DNA of 64,000 bases from Hormiphora californensis (lineage: Eukaryota > Animalia > Ctenophora): assembly GCA_020137815.1 (NCBI GenBank), contig CM035356.1, positions 1 through 64,000 on the forward strand. Reading direction: 5' to 3'. The notes under the pieces are model-generated. The model had not been told where the DNA came from. It saw only the letters and a program-made list of their open reading frames with translations, and did not search any database. Below are positions 57,060 through 64,000 of this stretch, in pieces; positions within the stretch are counted from its first letter, which is position 1; each line of letters starts with the position of its first letter. Position numbers and translations under genes: made by a program.

Positions 57060-57784
57060 GAATAGAAACAATCCTTGTGTTTTAATAGAAAATTCCAAAA
57101 ATTGTCTTTTTATTTCAAAAAATGAAACTCGGGAAGCTTGAGTATAAATGATTGATATTAAATAGACTTTTGAGCCATAAAACTATCTAGTGATCCTTAA
57201 AAAGTACATAATCCCCTAAATTAGTTGTATTTCTAGCTGTTGTGCACCCAGTTTTTATAAAAACTAAAACATTTGTTTTATTAATAATGCAGTGTAGCGG
57301 TGAATAGCGGTACATAATTTTTGTTGCAGGATACTCGGAAGGGTCTATATTAACACGTGTAACCCTTGAATTTTCCGCCTAATGACGCCCAAACTACTAT
57401 TTTTACTCTTATTTTCGTAAAAATAGGGTAATTTTACTATGCACACAGAAATGTTCACCGCCTATGAACGGAAAATCCAATTACCACATACTAAAAAGCA
57501 TTGAAAAGACAAAATTATGATGAGTATGGTTAACATCTAGTTTGTCAGAGATAACAAACATATAATGTAAGAAAAAAATCTGAAAATTGATAAATTTGAC
57601 TGCCAAAATTGATTCAATTGCCAGAATTTAAGTTTGTGCATATTGTTTTATTCATAACATAGGCATATCTTAATATTTTTTGATGCGGTTTTTTGTACTG
57701 GCTAGACCTAACAATTCTCTATTGGGTAGCAAATTTGCAGCGAAATCGATTTTTTTCCCTAAACGACCATCGTTACCCACTGTG

Positions 57785-58394
57785 TGGTGGTCGCATAGGA
57801 ACTGGTCCACTATGGTCCTTTCGATGTGCGTATTCGGGTCCAGGTTTACGGTCCTCGATACCTCCCGGCAGGCACACAGGTCGAAACGCAGCAGGATCCG
57901 GAGCGGAGATGTGGGCCTGTTTAGAGGGCAGGCCTGAAGCTGGTGTCTTCCTTCCATACAGGGGATACTGAATCACTTCACCGATTCGTCTCCCGTATCC
58001 CATACCCAATTAGTTACAGATCCCAAATCACTTCACCGATTCGTCTCCCGAATCCCATACCCAATTAGCTGCAGATACCGAATCACTTCACCGATTCGTC
58101 TCCTGTATCCCATACCCAATTAGCTGCAGATACGGGAGACGAATCGGTGAAGAGATTCGGTATCTGCAACTAATTGGGTATGGGATACGGGAAACGAATC
58201 GGTGAAGTGATTCGGTATCCCCTGTATGGAAGGAAGACACCAGCTTCAGGCCTGCCCTCTAAACAGGCCCACATCTCCGCTCCGGATCCTGCGGCGTTTC
58301 GAACTGTGTGCTTGCCTGTATCGAGGACCGTAAACCTGGACCCGAATACGCACATCGAGAGGACCATAGTGGACCAGTTCCTATGCGACCACCA
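57785..58394. mobile_element. Foldback MITE with internal ~54-bp tandem repeats
   Basis: TGGTGGTCGCATAGGAACTGG... / ...CCAGTTCCTATGCGACCACCA. Confidence 0.8.
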
Positions 58395-58757
58395 TCTTAC
58401 TCGCCAACACATCCAGCAGCAGGACCAGCAGTGGCGCCCGACTGAGGACTACACCATACTCGATCTGGACCAGCGCTCTCACCAGCCAGCATCTACCACT
58501 CCTATATAACATTCAGCCCATGTACTCCGCCTCCACCGTCTCCTCCGCCATAAACACTGTTTATAGCAAGACAATTGGCGGGGAACTCTGATCACGATCT
58601 GTTTCTGGCTGCTAAAATCTATTTCTGGCTGCTTGCAGCCAGAAATAGATTTAGCAGCCAGAAATAGACTGTCGAGCAACTGTGCACCTGCCGGACATAC
58701 ATTGCCAAAAATTGCTGAAAAAGGGTACAATTTTTATCAAGCTAATTCCACTTCTAG

Positions 58758-59840
58758 TCACTGCGCTGGCAAGCGCAAAGGTTGCCATTCCCCCCCCCCC
58801 TCAAAAAGCGCCGCCAGAAACGCAGTTATACGTTTAATGGGTGTTTGGCTGAAAATCCAGATTTCAGAAGGCTATAGCGTGGCTCCCTTTCGTCCGTTTG
58901 ACTTGAAATTTGGAATGTATACCCGGCTTGGGGTCTTTGACTCAAGTTCAAAATTTCAAGTACCTATCTCATCTGGAACCGAAGCTACAGACAGGTCCCA
59001 TTTGCTCTAAATTCAGTGTAACAGGCATGCGTGCGCATAGGAGAGACGCTTTTTATAAGTGAATGTGACGCCAAACGAAAAGAGATAGAGACTTCATCTT
59101 TTCACAGCTGGTAGATCTACTGGAATGTGTGTGCATTAGTCGTAGTGGGGTCCCTTTTCATTGCCAGAAACGTCCTAAAGAACGTCTTAAAGTCGTCATT
59201 TTTCAGGCTCTAACCAAAATTCTTTGAGCTTAATTTACATACACCCTGAAGACGCATTCTAATCGAAAATCAAAGACTATATATCATGGAAAGAGAATTG
59301 TCTGAACTTTCAGAAACTACATCTTGAATTTTGAAAACCAGACGTATAAGGGTCTTAAAACGCGTCTAAAGTGATATGACTGTTTAAAAACAGATATGAC
59401 GTTATGGGTTTTTTCGCTATAGCTCAAGTCTCATCCAATCGAACTCAAACTTGGTCAGTATCTTCATCTAGGTGGGCCCGATAATATATGACGTCATAAT
59501 TTTGAGGTTACAACGTCGTGAAGTCATTTTATGACGTCAAAATGACGTCACAAATGAAAATTTCTCAATTTCGCGACTCTAACCTCTGTACCTATTCTAC
59601 TAAATCTACATGGATAAAAAAATCCCAAAAATGGTGCAAATTATACCAAAACTAATGGAAATTAGTAGGCCGGAAAGGTTGCCTTACGATTTGAGCTACC
59701 TTTGGCACTGGTACATTCCCTTTTGAAGATAACCGAAGCATCTGTAACATGTCTATACCCCGTGAATGTTACGGTGCCTAAGGTAGCTCAAATCTTAAGG
59801 CAACCTTTCCGGCCTACTAATTTCAATTAGTTTTGGTATA
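58758..59840 (-). mobile_element. Helentron-like element, subfamily B (complete)
   Basis: TCACTGCGCTGGCAAGCGCA-AAGGTTGCC at one end; IR 59642-59840 containing AAAGGTTGCC at the other. Confidence 0.8.
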
Positions 59841-62070
<2,230 letters not shown>

Positions 62071-62297
62071 TTAGAGCCTACTAGAAGTGAAAAAAAGGGC
62101 ATAAAATTATGCCCTTTTTGTAATGTATGCCCTGACCAATAGGGTGTAACACGCAGAAGTAGGAATGAAATCAATGGATTTTACAAACGTCAAACGACAA
62201 ACACAATACTTTTAATCAAATTTGGATTTCCTGTATCACACGACTTGTTCACTTTCCACCAACACTGCTCAATCGGGATCCCGAGAGCTACTATTAT

Positions 62298-63449
62298 TCA
62301 CGGTCCAACTTTGTGTCGACACACAGGACACTCTGCTTTACGGCACAGCCAATTGTCGATGCAAACCGAATGAAAAGTATGAAAACATGGGAGAGTTCTA
62401 ACAGTAACACCCTGATCAATCTCACAGAGACATATGTTACAACTTTGTTCCCCGTTGAACTTTGTGGTAACGGTGTTAGACGAGATATCAAGGGGAGAGA
62501 GACCATGGCCAGGATCCAAATTGTTTTCATCCAACACCAGCATTTCCTCGTAACTCAAACTGTCATTTATATGGGGTACCATGAAGAGTTGGTTTATTAA
62601 CGATTGAGATAAGGGAAATCCGTTTGCAATTACACGCGTTTGAATAGACGGGGATTGGTAATGGGGCCGTTGCTGTCGACGACCAGATCGCCCTCCCCTA
62701 TAATTTCTACTACGGGTCCTACCAGATGACGTGGAGGGTTCTTGGTCACCGAGAACTACTACCTCTGAAATATTATCACTTCTTCTCGATCTATCAGATC
62801 CCCTCCCGCTACCAGCTGCCGATCTATCAGATCCCCTCCCGCTACCAGCTGCCGATATATTAGATCCCCTCCCGCTACCAGCTGTCGATCTATCAGATCC
62901 CCTCCCGCTACCAGCTGTCGATCTATCAGATCCCCTCCCGCTACCAGCTGTCGAGACTGTGCTAACAGACCTGCCTTCCGAAGGCGACCTACCAGTGTTT
63001 GTATTAGTGATGATAATTCCTCCGGATCGACCCTGTCTTATTTGACGTTGTCCGCCTACTGTCAACAAGGAATTATCCTGGGTCACGGCATCCTCGTCAT
63101 CAATACTTATTGCTCCTCTGTATTGAACTGCCCTTTGCTCTTCACGACTGTCCTCTATTAGAGAATCGAACAATACTGCAAGGTCTTCATTGTTTTCAGA
63201 GAATGCCGTGTTTAGAGCCGATGAAACTATGCTTTGAGTATCGGGGGACATGACACGCATTTCCTCGTTGTCAGAATCTGAATCGAGGATATGAACAGTG
63301 GTAGTTGGTCGAGAGGTTAAACTAACTGCGTTATTAGAAGTTAAGTTCTGTTCGGATTGGTGAAGTTCAAGCGCAGCAAGTTCGTCCTCTTCTGCTTGAA
63401 GGCGACGTGCCAGCTGCAAATCACTACTAGTAGTGTAGCTACTCATCAT
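62298..63449 (-). CDS. RING-H2 E3 ubiquitin ligase (RNF38/RNF44/RNF165-like C-terminus) with an N-terminal ubiquitin-binding-like helix
   Basis: 383-aa uninterrupted ORF with C-terminal CNIC...CFHTFH..C...CPVC (C3H2C3) preceded by LSYEEMLVLDE; N-terminal DLQLARRLQAEE; five 33-nt repeats encoding S(T/A)AGSGRGS(DR/NI). Confidence 0.9.
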   Translation of the reverse strand: MMSSYTTSSDLQLARRLQAEEDELAALELHQSEQNLTSNNAVSLTSRPTTTVHILDSDSDNEEMRVMSPDTQSIVSSALNTAFSENNEDLAVLFDSLIEDSREEQRAVQYRGAISIDDEDAVTQDNSLLTVGGQRQIRQGRSGGIIITNTNTGRSPSEGRSVSTVSTAGSGRGSDRSTAGSGRGSDRSTAGSGRGSNISAAGSGRGSDRSAAGSGRGSDRSRRSDNISEVVVLGDQEPSTSSGRTRSRNYRGGRSGRRQQRPHYQSPSIQTRVIANGFPLSQSLINQLFMVPHINDSLSYEEMLVLDENNLDPGHGLSPLDISSNTVTTKFNGEQSCNICLCEIDQGVTVRTLPCFHTFHSVCIDNWLCRKAECPVCRHKVGP

Positions 63450-63519
63450 CTTCTTAGGAGTATTTCCTCTTCATGCAACACACACAGGATCATACTAAAA
63501 AATAATCGTATTCACAATT

Positions 63520-63570
63520 ACGCCTGATGATTGGTTTCCCGTCAGGGATTCCATGAAACGTGTGTTGCGT
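63520..63570 (+). ncRNA. Minimal type I hammerhead ribozyme motif (Penelope-like-element type)
   Basis: ACGC-CTGATGA-[stem II TGG..CCC GTCA GGG..CCA]-GAAA-C-GTGT-GTT-GCGT; stem I ACGC/GCGT. Confidence 0.65.
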
Positions 63571-63647
63571 CCTAAATACAGCTGTATTATTTCGTTGTAC
63601 ATAAAGAGATTTGAGTAAGAATTAAATAGGGAAGAAAACAAAAAATA

Positions 63648-63716
63648 GTGGGTTTAACCGGGAATCGACCCAGGGACCTTCAGAGAGGCATGCTCAGAGC
63701 TATACTACTAACCTAC
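63648..63716 (-). mobile_element. Degenerate tRNA-derived SINE head
   Basis: Minus strand has A-box-like TAGGTTAGTAGTATAG and B-box-like GGGTCGATTCCC. Confidence 0.45.
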
Positions 63717-63775
63717 AATTTACTAAACCCCTTTGGTAGCATAATTATGCATATATGTACCAAAAAGAATAGATA

Positions 63776-64000
63776 TTTAGTCCATAAACCAATTAAATAA
63801 ATTAGTTTGGATGCCCGGGCTCATGCCCGGGCTCACCTTTCCAGCCAACTAATTTCAGTTAGTTTTTGGCATAATTGGGGCATATTTTTGGTATTTTCTG
63901 ATGTGAAATACGATGTAAGACATGTCTGGACGTGTAAAGACCGTCAGGAATCGCTAAAATACGAACATTTCAATTTTGACGTCATTATGACGTCATAGCG
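63776..64000 (+). mobile_element. Chimeric Helentron-like element (subfamily C end on a subfamily A body), running off the window
   Basis: 63776-63822 matches 2457-2503; 63835 onward matches the subfamily A IR arm and body. Confidence 0.7.

Larger units (their letters stand above)
53064..58504. mobile_element. TIR element (TA flanks) hosting the RTE LINE and a foldback
   Basis: TAGGAGTGGTAGATGCTGGCTGG... at 53064 is the reverse complement of ~58415-58504. Confidence 0.75.

Noticed and set aside
57960-58220. ~54-bp repeats as a CRISPR-like array
   Set aside because: No variable spacers; these are internal repeats of a foldback MITE.

Overview
AT-rich eukaryotic (animal) genomic DNA, most likely a ctenophore: two copies of a ~40-nt sequence match the ctenophore spliced leader as I recall it. 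I reconstructed three minus-strand host genes by eye: a 7-exon NASP histone chaperone (12190-30308), a 9-exon AKAP17A/XE7 splicing factor (31157-50371) and a single-ORF RING-H2 E3 ligase (62298-63449). Most of the rest is transposon-derived. Retroelements: an intact RTE-clade LINE, a frameshifted CR1/L2-group LINE, CR1 and CRE fragments, and an ORF1-only retrocopy carrying a spliced leader. Rolling-circle elements: about ten Helentron/DINE-1-like elements in several subfamilies and a tandem Helitron pair. Cut-and-paste MITEs/foldbacks with TA, TTAA, ATAT and 8-9 bp target duplications are numerous and often nested. The most interesting candidates are the spliced-leader/retroelement mosaic at 3.6-7.4 kb, the covarying end architecture of the Helentron-like family (one copy supplies the NASP stop codon), a pseudoknotted RTE 5' UTR with a locally templated 5' junction, and a minimal hammerhead ribozyme. 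All calls were made by eye without database searches.
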